The notes below the pieces were generated by a model. The model was not told the DNA's origin and ran no database searches. It saw only the letters and a list, made by a program, of their open reading frames with translations. Shown piece by piece: positions 37,399-47,331 of a stretch of 64,000 nucleotides of DNA (within the stretch, counting starts at the first letter, position 1; the number at the start of each line of letters is the position of its first letter). The stretch covers positions 322,172-386,171 of the forward strand of contig OY970358.1 of assembly GCA_963718575.1 (NCBI GenBank). The letters are read 5' to 3'. Made by a program: the position numbers and the translations under genes. Source of the stretch: an uncultured bacterium. Its GTDB lineage: Bacteria > Patescibacteriota > Minisyncoccia > UBA6257 > 2-01-FULL-56-20.

Positions 37399-39660
37399 AT
37401 GGATCTCATCATCGTCGAATCCCCCACCAAGGCAAAGACCATCGGCAAATTTGTCGGCAAAGGGTTTGCCGTCGAGTCGTCATACGGCCACATCCGCGAT
37501 CTTCCCAAGAGCAAGATCGGTATTGACGTCGCCCACGATTTTGCGCCGAGCTACATGATTCCCAAGAAGGCGGAGCCTGTCGTCGCCAATTTAAAGGCGC
37601 TCGCAAAGAAGGCGGACCGCGTCATTCTCGCGACTGACGAGGACCGCGAAGGAGAAGCGATCGCGTGGCACCTCGTGAACGCGCTCGGGCTTGATGAAAA
37701 AAAGACCGCACGACCGTACGAGCGCATCGCATTCCATGAGATCACAAAGAACGCGATCATGGAGGCGCTCGAACATCCGCGCGCGCTCGACGTCAATCTC
37801 GTGGATGCCCAGCAGGCCCGCCGGGTGCTCGACCGCCTCGTCGGCTACGAGCTCTCGCCATTCTTATGGCGCAAGATCCGGTATGGACTTTCAGCGGGGC
37901 GCGTACAAAGCGTGGCGGTGCGGCTCGTCGTAGAACGCGAGCGGCTGATCCAGGCATTTAATAAGGAGGAATACTGGACGATCGAGGCGTCATTTTTGCC
38001 GCCTAAAGGAAAGACCGCATTCCCTGCAGTGCTCAATTCTATCAATGGCAAAGCGGTCGGAAAGATGGGCATCAAAAATGCCGCCGGAGCGGTCTCTATT
38101 ATAGAGGGGCTAAAAAGCGCCGACTATCACGTTTCGGCTATCGCAGTGAAGGAAGTCCGCCGGAATCCGTCGGCGCCATTCACGACCTCCACGCTCCAGC
38201 AGGAAGCGGCGCGCAAGCTCGGCTTCAGTGCAAAACAGACGATGATGATTGCCCAGCATCTCTATGAGAACGGGCACATCACCTATATGAGGACCGACAG
38301 CACAAACCTTGCGGCATCCGCGCTCGCAACGGCACATGCCGTGATCGGGAAAGAATTCGGAAAAGAATATCAACTCCCCGCTCCGCGCATCTATTCCACC
38401 AAGAGCAAGGGCGCGCAGGAGGCGCACGAGGCGATCCGCCCCGCGAACATCGAGATGATCCCCGGCGTCGGCTCCGGCTTGAAAGATCGCGGCGAGATCC
38501 GTTTGTATGATCTTATCTGGAAACGCACGATCGCATCACAGATGAAGGAGGCCGTACTCGAACAAACGTCCGTGGACGTCGAAGCGAACACGCCGCGTCG
38601 GGAGATATTCCGCGCGAACGGCCAGACCGTCGTCTTCGACGGATTCATCCGTGTCTACACCGAAGGAAAAGATGACGATGTAAGCGATGAAATCGAGGGC
38701 GGCTTGCCAAAACTCGAGAAAGAAATGGCACTCACGCTCGCCGACCTGAAGAGCGAGGCCGACGACGACGGCAAAGAAAACCCCGCGGGCGTTCAGCACT
38801 TCACCGAACCTCCGGCGCGCTATACCGACGCGACGCTCGTAAAAGCGCTCGAGGCGGAAGGGGTGGGCCGTCCGTCGACGTATGCACCAACCCTCTCGAC
38901 CATCCAGGAGCGCGGGTACGTGGAAAAAGTTGATAAAAAATACGCACCAACGGAGATCGGGACGCTCGTGAACGACCTCCTCGTGGAAAATTTTCCGGAG
39001 ATCGTGGACATTAAATTCACTTCGCACATCGAAGAAGAGTTCGATGACATCGCCGACGGCAAAATAAAATGGACGGAGGTGTGCCGTGAATTCTACGGCC
39101 CGTTCAAAAAAAATCTTGCAGAGAAGGAGGCAAGCGTGGAAAAACAGGTGGAAGTGTCCACTACGCCGTGCCCGCACTGCGGAAAGCCGATGCTCATCAA
39201 ATTCGGCCGCATGGGAAAATTCCTTGCCTGCCCGGAACCGGGCGTGAAGGTCACGCTCCCGATGCCGGAAGAAGCGGCGCAGATCAAAGCGCTCGAGGAG
39301 AAAACGAAGGACGAACGCTGCCCGATCTGCGGAAAACCGATGAAGGTGACGCGCGGCCGCTTCGGCTTCTTCCTCGGTTGCACCGATTATCCGAAGTGCA
39401 AGGGCATCATGAAGATCTGGAACAAGACCGGATTCAAATGCCCGAACTGCCTTGCATCGCCTGATCGCCGCGACAAGCCCGGTGACATCGTGGAGAAGAA
39501 ATCGCGCGGGCGCGGAAAACCGTTCTTCGCCTGCACGCGCTATCCCGACTGCACGTTCGTGATGAATAAAAAACCGGAGTCGGAAGAAGAACTCCGGGCG
39601 GCGCTCAATTATTGGATCGAAAATCCGCCAAAACCAAAAGCGGCAAAGAAGAAAGAATAG
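37399..39660 (+). CDS. topA: DNA topoisomerase I with C-terminal Zn-ribbon repeats
   Basis: TOPRIM MDLIIVESPTKAKTI. Active-site Tyr region. Three or more CxxC...CxxC zinc ribbons. Confidence 0.95.
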   Translation: MDLIIVESPTKAKTIGKFVGKGFAVESSYGHIRDLPKSKIGIDVAHDFAPSYMIPKKAEPVVANLKALAKKADRVILATDEDREGEAIAWHLVNALGLDEKKTARPYERIAFHEITKNAIMEALEHPRALDVNLVDAQQARRVLDRLVGYELSPFLWRKIRYGLSAGRVQSVAVRLVVERERLIQAFNKEEYWTIEASFLPPKGKTAFPAVLNSINGKAVGKMGIKNAAGAVSIIEGLKSADYHVSAIAVKEVRRNPSAPFTTSTLQQEAARKLGFSAKQTMMIAQHLYENGHITYMRTDSTNLAASALATAHAVIGKEFGKEYQLPAPRIYSTKSKGAQEAHEAIRPANIEMIPGVGSGLKDRGEIRLYDLIWKRTIASQMKEAVLEQTSVDVEANTPRREIFRANGQTVVFDGFIRVYTEGKDDDVSDEIEGGLPKLEKEMALTLADLKSEADDDGKENPAGVQHFTEPPARYTDATLVKALEAEGVGRPSTYAPTLSTIQERGYVEKVDKKYAPTEIGTLVNDLLVENFPEIVDIKFTSHIEEEFDDIADGKIKWTEVCREFYGPFKKNLAEKEASVEKQVEVSTTPCPHCGKPMLIKFGRMGKFLACPEPGVKVTLPMPEEAAQIKALEEKTKDERCPICGKPMKVTRGRFGFFLGCTDYPKCKGIMKIWNKTGFKCPNCLASPDRRDKPGDIVEKKSRGRGKPFFACTRYPDCTFVMNKKPESEEELRAALNYWIENPPKPKAAKKKE

Positions 39661-39706
39661 CCCGGAGCTGGCGATGCTATACTAAAGGGACATCCATAGC
39701 AACGTC

Positions 39707-40930
39707 ATGAAAAAAGGATTTACGCTCGTTGAGATTCTTATCGCCGTTGCGATCATCTCGATCCTCGGGGTGGTCGTCATCCTCACCATCAATCCCGCCG
39801 AATTGCTCCGGCAGGGACGTGATGTCACGCGCATATCCGACATGAGCACACTCAACAAGGCGATATCGCTCTATTACCAGGATGCCATGAGTAATCCGAA
39901 CACTCTTTTCATGGGGACGTCGTCCGTGATCTACGTCTCGGTTCCCGATCCCTCTGCGACCTCCACCGCCGGAGATCAATGCCAGGGGCTCGGACTCCCC
40001 TCCCTTGCCTCCTCCACTCTTTCCTACCATTGCGCTGAAACTTCCACCTATACGAGGACCGATGGCACCGGATGGATCCCTATCAATTTCAACTCTTATC
40101 TATCAGGACAGGGCGGATCGGTGATCTCAAAAATTCCCGTCGATCCAACGAACGCCACCTCCACGAATTTCTACTATACCTATGAAACCGACGGACTAGC
40201 AGGATACAAAGTCACCTCGTTCCTTGAATCCCAAAAATATGCATCGCAGATGGCAAACGACAGCGGGGACGATCCGGAGCTTTATGAAAAAGGCACCAAC
40301 CTCCTACTCGCATCAGGGCGAGGCCTCGTCGCTTATTGGCCCGTGGACGAGGGAACGGGAAGCTCGACCATCGATTATTCCGGCAACAATGCCACGGGGA
40401 CATGGCACGGCACCGCGGCAGGGACCAGCGGCTACTACTCTGCCGGCAAGGTGTGGTCATGGGCAGGGTTTTTCAATGGGAGCAACGATTATGCCCTCAC
40501 TGCCAGCAATATAAATGTCGGGAGTTCGTTTTCCATTGTGGCGTGGGTCAACCCGAGCGCCAGCACGACCGTCGATGCCCGTATCGTTGAGAGCAATTAC
40601 TCAACGGGGTTCTATCTTGGGAGCGGCGCGCTTGCCACTGAATATCAAATCATTGTGGATGGAACTGGTTGTAATGGCGGGATACTGACCACGGGGACAT
40701 GGCAGCAAGTGGTGGGAGTCTATAATGGTTCGGTTGAATCCCTCTATGTGAACGGCGTCTTGGCTAATAGCTGCAGCGCTCCTACGCCGACGAGCACGCT
40801 CCCCGTCTATATCGGGATCGAACACGGCGGCGTGGGTGGCCCCTGGAAGGGTTCCATTAGCGATGTTCGAATCTACAACACCGCCCTCCCGGCGACGGAG
40901 ATCCAGGAAATGTATAACGCCACAAAATGA
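39707..40930 (+). CDS. Type IV pilin fused to a C-terminal LamG/concanavalin-like lectin domain
   Basis: MKKGFTLVEILIAVAIISILGVVVILTINPAELLRQGRDVTRISD, then ...YWPVDEGTGSSTIDYSGNNATGT...FFNGSNDYAL...LYVNGVLANS...GSISDVRIYNTALPATEIQEMY. Confidence 0.75.
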   Translation: MKKGFTLVEILIAVAIISILGVVVILTINPAELLRQGRDVTRISDMSTLNKAISLYYQDAMSNPNTLFMGTSSVIYVSVPDPSATSTAGDQCQGLGLPSLASSTLSYHCAETSTYTRTDGTGWIPINFNSYLSGQGGSVISKIPVDPTNATSTNFYYTYETDGLAGYKVTSFLESQKYASQMANDSGDDPELYEKGTNLLLASGRGLVAYWPVDEGTGSSTIDYSGNNATGTWHGTAAGTSGYYSAGKVWSWAGFFNGSNDYALTASNINVGSSFSIVAWVNPSASTTVDARIVESNYSTGFYLGSGALATEYQIIVDGTGCNGGILTTGTWQQVVGVYNGSVESLYVNGVLANSCSAPTPTSTLPVYIGIEHGGVGGPWKGSISDVRIYNTALPATEIQEMYNATK

Positions 40931-40940
40931 TCCTCTCTTG

Positions 40941-42698
40941 ATGACCATTAAAGAGATCATTAAAAAAAGACCGGACGGTTTGATCGCGCGCGCATACGCA
41001 TTCGCGGAAAAGGCGCATGCCGGCCAAAAACGGAAAAGCGGCGAACCATATTTTAACCATCCGCTCGCCACGGGGGAAGTCCTCCAATCCTGGCACTTGG
41101 ACGACGCGACCATCGCCGCAGGCATCCTGCACGATACCGTGGAAGACACGGGCGTGCCGCTCGATACCATAGAAAAAGAATTTGGTCCGGAGGTGGCGTT
41201 CCTTGTGGACGGAGTCACCAAACTCGGACACATCAAGTATCGCGAAGCGCCCGGCGCGACCGACGGCAAGACCTTCTCTAAAAAAGGCACAGTAAAACAA
41301 ACCGCCGAAGAGAATAAAGCGGAAAACCTCCGCAAGATGGTGCTCGCGCTCAGCCAGGACCTGCGCGTGGTATTCATCAAGCTCGCCGACCGTCTGCACA
41401 ATATGCAGACGCTCTCTTCTTTGCCGCCCGCAAAACAAAAACGGATCGCGCTCGAGACGGACGAGATCTATGCCTCGCTCGCCTATCGTCTTGGCATGCA
41501 CAACGTGAGCGGCGAACTCCAGGACCTCGCATTCCCCTATCTCCATCCGCGCGAGTACGAATGGCTGCTCTCCATCGCAAAGGAACGATTTGCCGAACGC
41601 GAAAAATATCTGGAAAAGATAAAACCGCAGGTAAAAAAAGTGCTCGAAGACCATGACATCAAGCCGCTCGACATCGAGATCCGCGCAAAGCGCTACAGCA
41701 GCCTGTATAAAAAATTATTGAAGCGCGATATGGACATCGAGCGCGTGCACGATCTCGTGGCGATGCGCATCATCGTCGCCACGATGCCCGAGTGCTACGC
41801 CGCGCTCGGCGTGATCCACGAGGCGTGGCCGCCGCTTCCGCGCCGCATCAAGGATTACATCGCCATGCCGAAGCCGAACGCGTACCGCAGTCTGCACACG
41901 ACCGTCATCGGCCCGGACGGCAAGCGCGTGGAAATCCAGATCCGCACGCAGGAGATGCACGATGAGAACGAATACGGAGTTGCGGCCCACTGGCTCTATA
42001 AACAGAAACAGGGCGGCGTGAATGTTTCCGGAAAGAAATTGGCGCAGGAGATCGCATGGGTGCAACAGCTCAAGAACTGGCAGGAACATTTTGGGGGCAA
42101 CGCCGAAGACCCGGAGGAATTCGTCCGTGCAATGAAAATTGATTTCTTCACCGACCGGATCTTTGCCGTCACGCCGCGCGGCGACGTGATCGACCTCCCC
42201 GTCGGTTCCACCCCGATCGATTTCGCCTATCATGTGCATTCCGAGGTGGGCAACTCGGCGACGGGGGCGAAAGTGAACGGGGTCATGAGCACGCTCGATC
42301 ACGTTTTAAAATCCGGCGACGTCGTCGAAATCATCACGCAAAAAGGAAAGAAGCCGTCCGAGGACTGGCTTCGCTTTGCAAAGACGACGATCGCCCGCGA
42401 TCATATCCGCATGGCCCTCCGGAAGAAAGGAGTGTTCGCCCGCGCGCTCAGTCTGCCCACGCACGCAGAACTCCGGCTGACCGTCGAGGACCGCGTCGGC
42501 CTTATCAAGGACATCTCCGGTTCGATCGCGGAATCACATATCGGCATCATGAGCTTCCACACCGAACCGTCTCCGGGGAAACGATTTCACCTCAATAAAG
42601 TGGACATCAACTCGACCGACAAAAAGAAGATCGATAAATTGATCGAAAAGTTGCGGAAAGTGAAAGGAGTGAAAGACCTTGGCTATCGGTTGATCTAG
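40941..42698 (+). CDS. rel: (p)ppGpp synthetase/hydrolase, RelA/SpoT (RSH) family
   Basis: HD domain HDTVEDT. Synthetase domain. TGS and ACT domains. ATG at 40941 is chosen so as not to overlap the pilin gene. Confidence 0.9.
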   Translation: MTIKEIIKKRPDGLIARAYAFAEKAHAGQKRKSGEPYFNHPLATGEVLQSWHLDDATIAAGILHDTVEDTGVPLDTIEKEFGPEVAFLVDGVTKLGHIKYREAPGATDGKTFSKKGTVKQTAEENKAENLRKMVLALSQDLRVVFIKLADRLHNMQTLSSLPPAKQKRIALETDEIYASLAYRLGMHNVSGELQDLAFPYLHPREYEWLLSIAKERFAEREKYLEKIKPQVKKVLEDHDIKPLDIEIRAKRYSSLYKKLLKRDMDIERVHDLVAMRIIVATMPECYAALGVIHEAWPPLPRRIKDYIAMPKPNAYRSLHTTVIGPDGKRVEIQIRTQEMHDENEYGVAAHWLYKQKQGGVNVSGKKLAQEIAWVQQLKNWQEHFGGNAEDPEEFVRAMKIDFFTDRIFAVTPRGDVIDLPVGSTPIDFAYHVHSEVGNSATGAKVNGVMSTLDHVLKSGDVVEIITQKGKKPSEDWLRFAKTTIARDHIRMALRKKGVFARALSLPTHAELRLTVEDRVGLIKDISGSIAESHIGIMSFHTEPSPGKRFHLNKVDINSTDKKKIDKLIEKLRKVKGVKDLGYRLI

Positions 42699-43864
42699 AA
42701 GCGCCCCATCCCTCCTTCGTTCTTTAATTTTTCAAGAATATTCTTAAGCTCCTCTTCGGAGAAGAAGGTGATGGTGATCTTTCCGTTGTTCGCATTCTTG
42801 CTAATCTCCACGGGCGCGCCAAGCGATGAGCTCAGTTCATCCTGCATGGCCTTCACTTCCGGAGCGAGGTGGACCTGTTGCAGCGGCGGACGGCCGCGGC
42901 GCCGTGCGGCGTCCACTCCCCCGCCCGCAACGCCCGCGGCGCGCTGGATGCGCTCTTTCACATCGCGCGTGGTGAGCTTGTTCTGAATGATATCTTCGAG
43001 CATCGCCTTCTGCGCGACCGGATCTTCGATCGCGATCAAAAGCCGCGCGTTGCTTTCCGAAAGCTGGCCGTCTTCCACCGCGCGCTGTACGTATTCCGGA
43101 AGGTCGAGAAGGCGCACCGCGTTCGCCACCACTTCGCGGCTTTTGCCGAGCTTGGCCGCGATCTCGCGCTGGGTCATGCGGAATTCTTCCTGCAGGCGCT
43201 GGAACGCGCGCGCCATTTCGATGGGGTTCAGATTTTCTCTCTGAATGTTCTCGATGACGCCCAGCTCCAATTTTTCGCGTTCCAAATTGATGTTGCGGAC
43301 GATCGCAGGAACACGCGGCAATCCGAGCAACTTCGCCGCCATGAAACGCCGCTCACCGGCGATGATCTGATATTCCACCGCGATGCCGGTCGCCGTTTCT
43401 TTCTCCACTTTCGAAACCACAAGCGGCTGAAGGAAGCCGAACTCTCGTATCGAACTCGCAAGCTCATGCAATGCGTCCTGGTCGAAATGCCTGCGCGGCT
43501 GGTCCGGATTCGGCGTGATCTTTTCGATCTCGATGTGATAGATGGATTCCTGCGCGAGGTCGTCGCGCTTTTGCGGCTGCACTGCCGGCTGAACCGGCTG
43601 CGCGACCGGCTGAGGCCGTTGCTCCATTCTTATCGGCTCCGATTGTCGATCCGGCAATTGCGTCACGGGTTGCACCGGCGGAACAAAGCTCGGACGAGGC
43701 TGCGGCTGGGAATGAACAGGCTGTATTGGCGAAGAAGCTGGCTGATACTGCGCTGGCGGCTGTGACAGCGGCCGCTCCCCCGGCGGGCGCGTGTTGTTAT
43801 CATCGGCGCCGCGGCCCTGAGTATTATTCTTTGGTATCAACGATTCGAGTCCTTTGCCTAACAT
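42695..43864 (-). CDS. parB: Chromosome partitioning protein ParB with an N-terminal Pro/Gln-rich low-complexity extension of about 130 aa
   Basis: GERRFMAAKLLGLPRVPAIVRNI ParB box. Confidence 0.9.
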   Translation of the reverse strand: MLGKGLESLIPKNNTQGRGADDNNTRPPGERPLSQPPAQYQPASSPIQPVHSQPQPRPSFVPPVQPVTQLPDRQSEPIRMEQRPQPVAQPVQPAVQPQKRDDLAQESIYHIEIEKITPNPDQPRRHFDQDALHELASSIREFGFLQPLVVSKVEKETATGIAVEYQIIAGERRFMAAKLLGLPRVPAIVRNINLEREKLELGVIENIQRENLNPIEMARAFQRLQEEFRMTQREIAAKLGKSREVVANAVRLLDLPEYVQRAVEDGQLSESNARLLIAIEDPVAQKAMLEDIIQNKLTTRDVKERIQRAAGVAGGGVDAARRRGRPPLQQVHLAPEVKAMQDELSSSLGAPVEISKNANNGKITITFFSEEELKNILEKLKNEGGMGRF

Positions 43865-43879
43865 GATGGTGCGTAAAAT

Positions 43880-44702
43880 TTAAATATTAAAATTTCCAAA
43901 ATTCTCTGCGGCGACCGGCGTGGCGGCCTCGGCCTGTGCCACCTCTTGTGCGATCACCTCGCGCGCGAGCCGTTCATACGCCTGCGCCCCCGGCGAATCG
44001 GGGCGGTACAAGATGATCGGCTTCGAGAAGCTCGGCGCCTCGGCGAGCGCGACCGCGCGCGGTACCTCCACCTCGAACACATGATGCGGGAAATGCCTCC
44101 GGATATTTTTGGAAACCTCGCGGCTTAAGATGCTCGCGCTTGTCGTACATCGTGATGACCGCACCCGCAATCGAAATCGGATGCGCCAAATTGTCCCTGA
44201 TCAAATTTATCGTCTCGAGCAGCTGACCAATGCCTTCGAGCGAATAATATTCCGTCTGCACCGGAATCAATACCTCATCCGCGGCAACCATGCCGTTCAC
44301 GGTGAGCAGGCTGAGCGACGGCGGAAGATCGATCAAAATATAATCGTAGCCGTGCCGCACGCGGTTCACGAACTTTCGCAAAAAATATTCGCGTTCCGGA
44401 ACATTCACGAGCTCCACGAGCGCGCCCGCCAAGTGCGGCGCCGACGGCACGTAGTGATAATTATAGATGACGCTCGGCTTGATGATCTGCTCCGGCGTCA
44501 GTTGCTCGAGGATGCCGTGATAGACGCTCCCCTCGCCCGCCATCTGGTTGTGACCGAGCGCCGAGCTCGCGTTTGCCTGCGGATCAAAATCAACGAGCAG
44601 CACGCGCTTCCCTGCGGCGGCAAGATACGCGCCGAGATTTACCGCGGTCGTCGTCTTTCCAACGCCTCCCTTTTGATTGCAGATCGCGATGACACGTGCC
44701 AT
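43880..44702 (-). pseudogene. parA: ParA/Soj ATPase split by a single-nt frameshift (43974-44702 plus 43880-44170)
   Basis: KGGVGKTTTAVNLGAYLA in the N-terminal ORF. ...SILSREVSKNIRRHFPHHVFEVEVPRAVALAEAPSFSKPIILY in the C-terminal ORF. The frames meet at ...MYDKR|SILSREV near 44125-44135. Confidence 0.85.
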
Positions 44703-44736
44703 GTTACCTTGATTTTACCTTTATAAATGGCTAATA

Positions 44737-46317
44737 TCAATTGTGCTGAAGGCTCGGGTGGCGAAATGGCAACCGCAGCGGACTCAAAATCCGCCGATCG
44801 CAAGGTCTTGAGGGTTCGACTCCCTCCCCGAGCACCATACAAGAGACAAGGTTAGTTTCAGAAAAATTCAGCCGCGCTTCGCGGAGCGAAGCGTAAGGTG
44901 GAGTGGGGGTAAATTCAATACGACGATTTTTAAGAACTGCGTTCGAGCCGGAAATTTTTTGGGCAAGGGATTTTTTGAGGGTAAGATCGGTCGAAACGGC
45001 AGTTTCGCCAATGTTTGCCGCATCATCTATCCAACCGCGTAGCTGTTCGAGCCACGCTAGATACCCTCGGTTCAGTCCGGCCATTTTCTCCTCCAGCGAC
45101 CTTTTGTGCAGGAGAAGCTTCGCTTTCTCCAAGCGGTAGGCATTCCGCTCAATATCTTGCTCAAGATAGGCATCGAAAAGTCGCTGGAGTTTTTCGGTAA
45201 CGGATGCTATCTCGCTACGGAGGGCTTGGTTCTCGCGTATGGGAGATCGGGCGGCGTCCTGCTCGTCCTTGTCTGCAAGTTTATAGAGTTCGGCCGCCCA
45301 ATCGGATGGCAAGGCAAATTCTTTGAAGATGCTGGAAAGTTGATCAGATAAAACTTCTTCTCTGATATAGGGCTGGGAACACACAACGCCTTTTTTACTG
45401 CAACGATAGTAGGTGCGGCCTTTCTGAAATTCTGCAGTGATCATCCGTCCGCACTCGCCGCACCGAAACAGCCCGCAAAGCGGCTTTGGTTGTTTGGTTT
45501 TTATCTGCGGTTTGCTCCGCTCTTTAAGGACAGCTTGGACTTTATCGAACAGTTGTTTGGAAATTATCGGTTTATGTTTGCCCTCGTATAGTTCTCCGGC
45601 GTAGCGGAACAGGCCGCAGTAAAAAGGGTTGGAGAGAAACCACGTTATCTGATCGCGCTTCCACGCTCTCCCGCCCTCGCTCATCCATCGGTTGCTCGCC
45701 TTGGTTTTAACGCCCTTATCGAAAAGAAATTTAGAAATGTCCTCGAGGCGGGACTGGTTCTTGGAATACAACTCAAACGCCTCGCGGACGATGGCCGCTT
45801 CCTTCTCATCAACAACTATCTGTTTCCTTCGCACATCATTGATATAGCCCAATGGCGCAACGCTCGGATACTCGCCGCGCTTCGCTTTCTCGTGGAGGCC
45901 TCGTTTCGTGTTCGCGGAAAGATCGCGGATATACTGGTTCGCCATCCCAAACTCGACGCCGATCATAAGGACGTTATCGGAAGGATAGTAACTCCGGTCG
46001 CTCGTGAGGATGCGCTTTATGACATCCTGCTGAAGCAACCACTGGACACGGGCGGCATCCATCGGATTACGGGCGAGACGATCCAGTTTCCAGCACAAGA
46101 CACCCTGTGCCTCTCCTTGCTCAATCCGTTGCATCATCCCGTTAAAGACAGAACGGCCGGGCATCTTAGCCGATTGCTTTTCAATGAACTCTCCGATGAT
46201 ATGGAGCTTCTCTTGCCTAGCCAAAGCACGCAAAACGGAAAGCTGGTCTTCGATAGAGCGTACTTGTTTGTCTTCGACATCGGTTGATTTGCGGGCGTAG
46301 AGGAAATAGTTAGGCAT
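44737..46317 (-). CDS. Large serine recombinase (resolvase catalytic domain, recombinase domain and zinc ribbon). Its 3' end reads antisense through tRNA-Leu.
   Basis: YARKSTDVEDKQVRSIEDQ...WKLDRLARN. C-terminal CxxC...C ribbon. About 526 aa. Confidence 0.85.
   Translation of the reverse strand: MPNYFLYARKSTDVEDKQVRSIEDQLSVLRALARQEKLHIIGEFIEKQSAKMPGRSVFNGMMQRIEQGEAQGVLCWKLDRLARNPMDAARVQWLLQQDVIKRILTSDRSYYPSDNVLMIGVEFGMANQYIRDLSANTKRGLHEKAKRGEYPSVAPLGYINDVRRKQIVVDEKEAAIVREAFELYSKNQSRLEDISKFLFDKGVKTKASNRWMSEGGRAWKRDQITWFLSNPFYCGLFRYAGELYEGKHKPIISKQLFDKVQAVLKERSKPQIKTKQPKPLCGLFRCGECGRMITAEFQKGRTYYRCSKKGVVCSQPYIREEVLSDQLSSIFKEFALPSDWAAELYKLADKDEQDAARSPIRENQALRSEIASVTEKLQRLFDAYLEQDIERNAYRLEKAKLLLHKRSLEEKMAGLNRGYLAWLEQLRGWIDDAANIGETAVSTDLTLKKSLAQKISGSNAVLKNRRIEFTPTPPYASLREARLNFSETNLVSCMVLGEGVEPSRPCDRRILSPLRLPFRHPSLQHN
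44752..44837 (+). tRNA. tRNA-Leu (anticodon CAA), CCA encoded
   Basis: GCTCGGGTGGCGAAATGGCAACCGCAGCGGACTCAAAATCCGCCGATCGCAAGGTCTTGAGGGTTCGACTCCCTCCCCGAGCACCA, type II with a long variable arm. Confidence 0.9.
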
Positions 46318-46367
46318 AGTATTACATTATATTGTAATACTACCATATAATATAACAAGCGATATAC

Positions 46368-46583
46368 TTGTGGGTAATGAGAAGTGAAGCCTCAAAACTC
46401 GGCGAGAATTTAAAACGTATTAGAACAGCCAAGGGCATAACGCAAGGAGATATAGTCCGCAGGCTAAAAGTGGGGCGAGGATTTATCAGTAATATTGAGA
46501 ACGGAAAAGCCAACCCTACACTGTCGACGATTGCAAAAATAGCAAAAGCAATTGGAGTATCGGTCGGAGAATTGATGAAATAA
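46368..46583 (+). CDS. XRE-family HTH transcriptional regulator
   Basis: LKRIRTAKGITQGDIVRRLKVGRGFISNIENGKANPTLSTIAKIAKAIGVSVGEL. Confidence 0.85.
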   Translation: MWVMRSEASKLGENLKRIRTAKGITQGDIVRRLKVGRGFISNIENGKANPTLSTIAKIAKAIGVSVGELMK

Positions 46584-46591
46584 GTTCTAAA

Positions 46592-46999
46592 ATGACTAAG
46601 AATGGATTTATAAGAATCTGCAATGATAAAGAATTTTGGCGACAGATAAAACAGTCCTCCTATCCAGAGTTCGAGGATTATATTGCCAAACTATTTTTTA
46701 AATTAGGCTACAGATCAGAAGTGGTTGGCGGAGAAAATGACGGCGGCATCGATGTAGTTTTGTCGAAGGATGGCGTCCGATACTATGTTCAATGCAAAAG
46801 GTATAGGGGTGCCAGCGTATCTGCCGCCGAGGTGCGCGAATTTTATGGTGCATTGACGCACTATGGCACTAAGAGTGCGGGCTTCTTTGTTACAACCACC
46901 AAATTTAGCCAACAGGCAGAATCATTTGCCGAGGGGAAGCCAATTATATTGATCGACGGGCAGAAGTTGGTGGAATACGTTAGACGTGTCGAAAAGTGA
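46592..46999 (+). CDS. Stand-alone Mrr-cat-type restriction-endonuclease-fold protein (PD-(D/E)xK)
   Basis: FEDYIAKLFFKLGYRSEVVGGENDGGIDVVLSKDGVRYYVQCKRY... Confidence 0.7.
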   Translation: MTKNGFIRICNDKEFWRQIKQSSYPEFEDYIAKLFFKLGYRSEVVGGENDGGIDVVLSKDGVRYYVQCKRYRGASVSAAEVREFYGALTHYGTKSAGFFVTTTKFSQQAESFAEGKPIILIDGQKLVEYVRRVEK

Positions 47000-47331
47000 G
47001 CCACTACCACCTCTTAGCGCGCCCCAAAGGAGGGGTTGGGGGAGGAATTTGGGCGCGCCATACGCGAAGCCCCGAAGCCAGCAGGCTGAGGGGCTGAGCA
47101 CACCATCTCGGAGGGGGTCTAGCGGAGTGAAGTAGGACTTGTGATTTTCGGAGACGACCCTCAAAAAGATCAACAATATCAGGTCAATCCGGACTTGCCA
47201 CCCCTTCATTCCGAGCATACCCGAGTGAAGGGGTGAATGAAGGGGTAAACAGGTAGCCAATGTAGGGGTAAAATGGTTAGGTCTGACCCTCGAAGAACCC
47301 TCGAGCGGAGGTATATAACGCCACCACACTT

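Noticed and set aside
40836-40940. Upstream extension of the rel ORF (track start 40836)
   Set aside because: The extension overlaps the pilin-LamG gene in another frame. The conserved RSH N-terminus begins at the ATG at 40941 (MTIKEIIKKRPDGL...).
44639-44842. 67-aa ORF on the minus strand
   Set aside because: It is entirely antisense to tRNA-Leu(CAA) and the recombinase tail.
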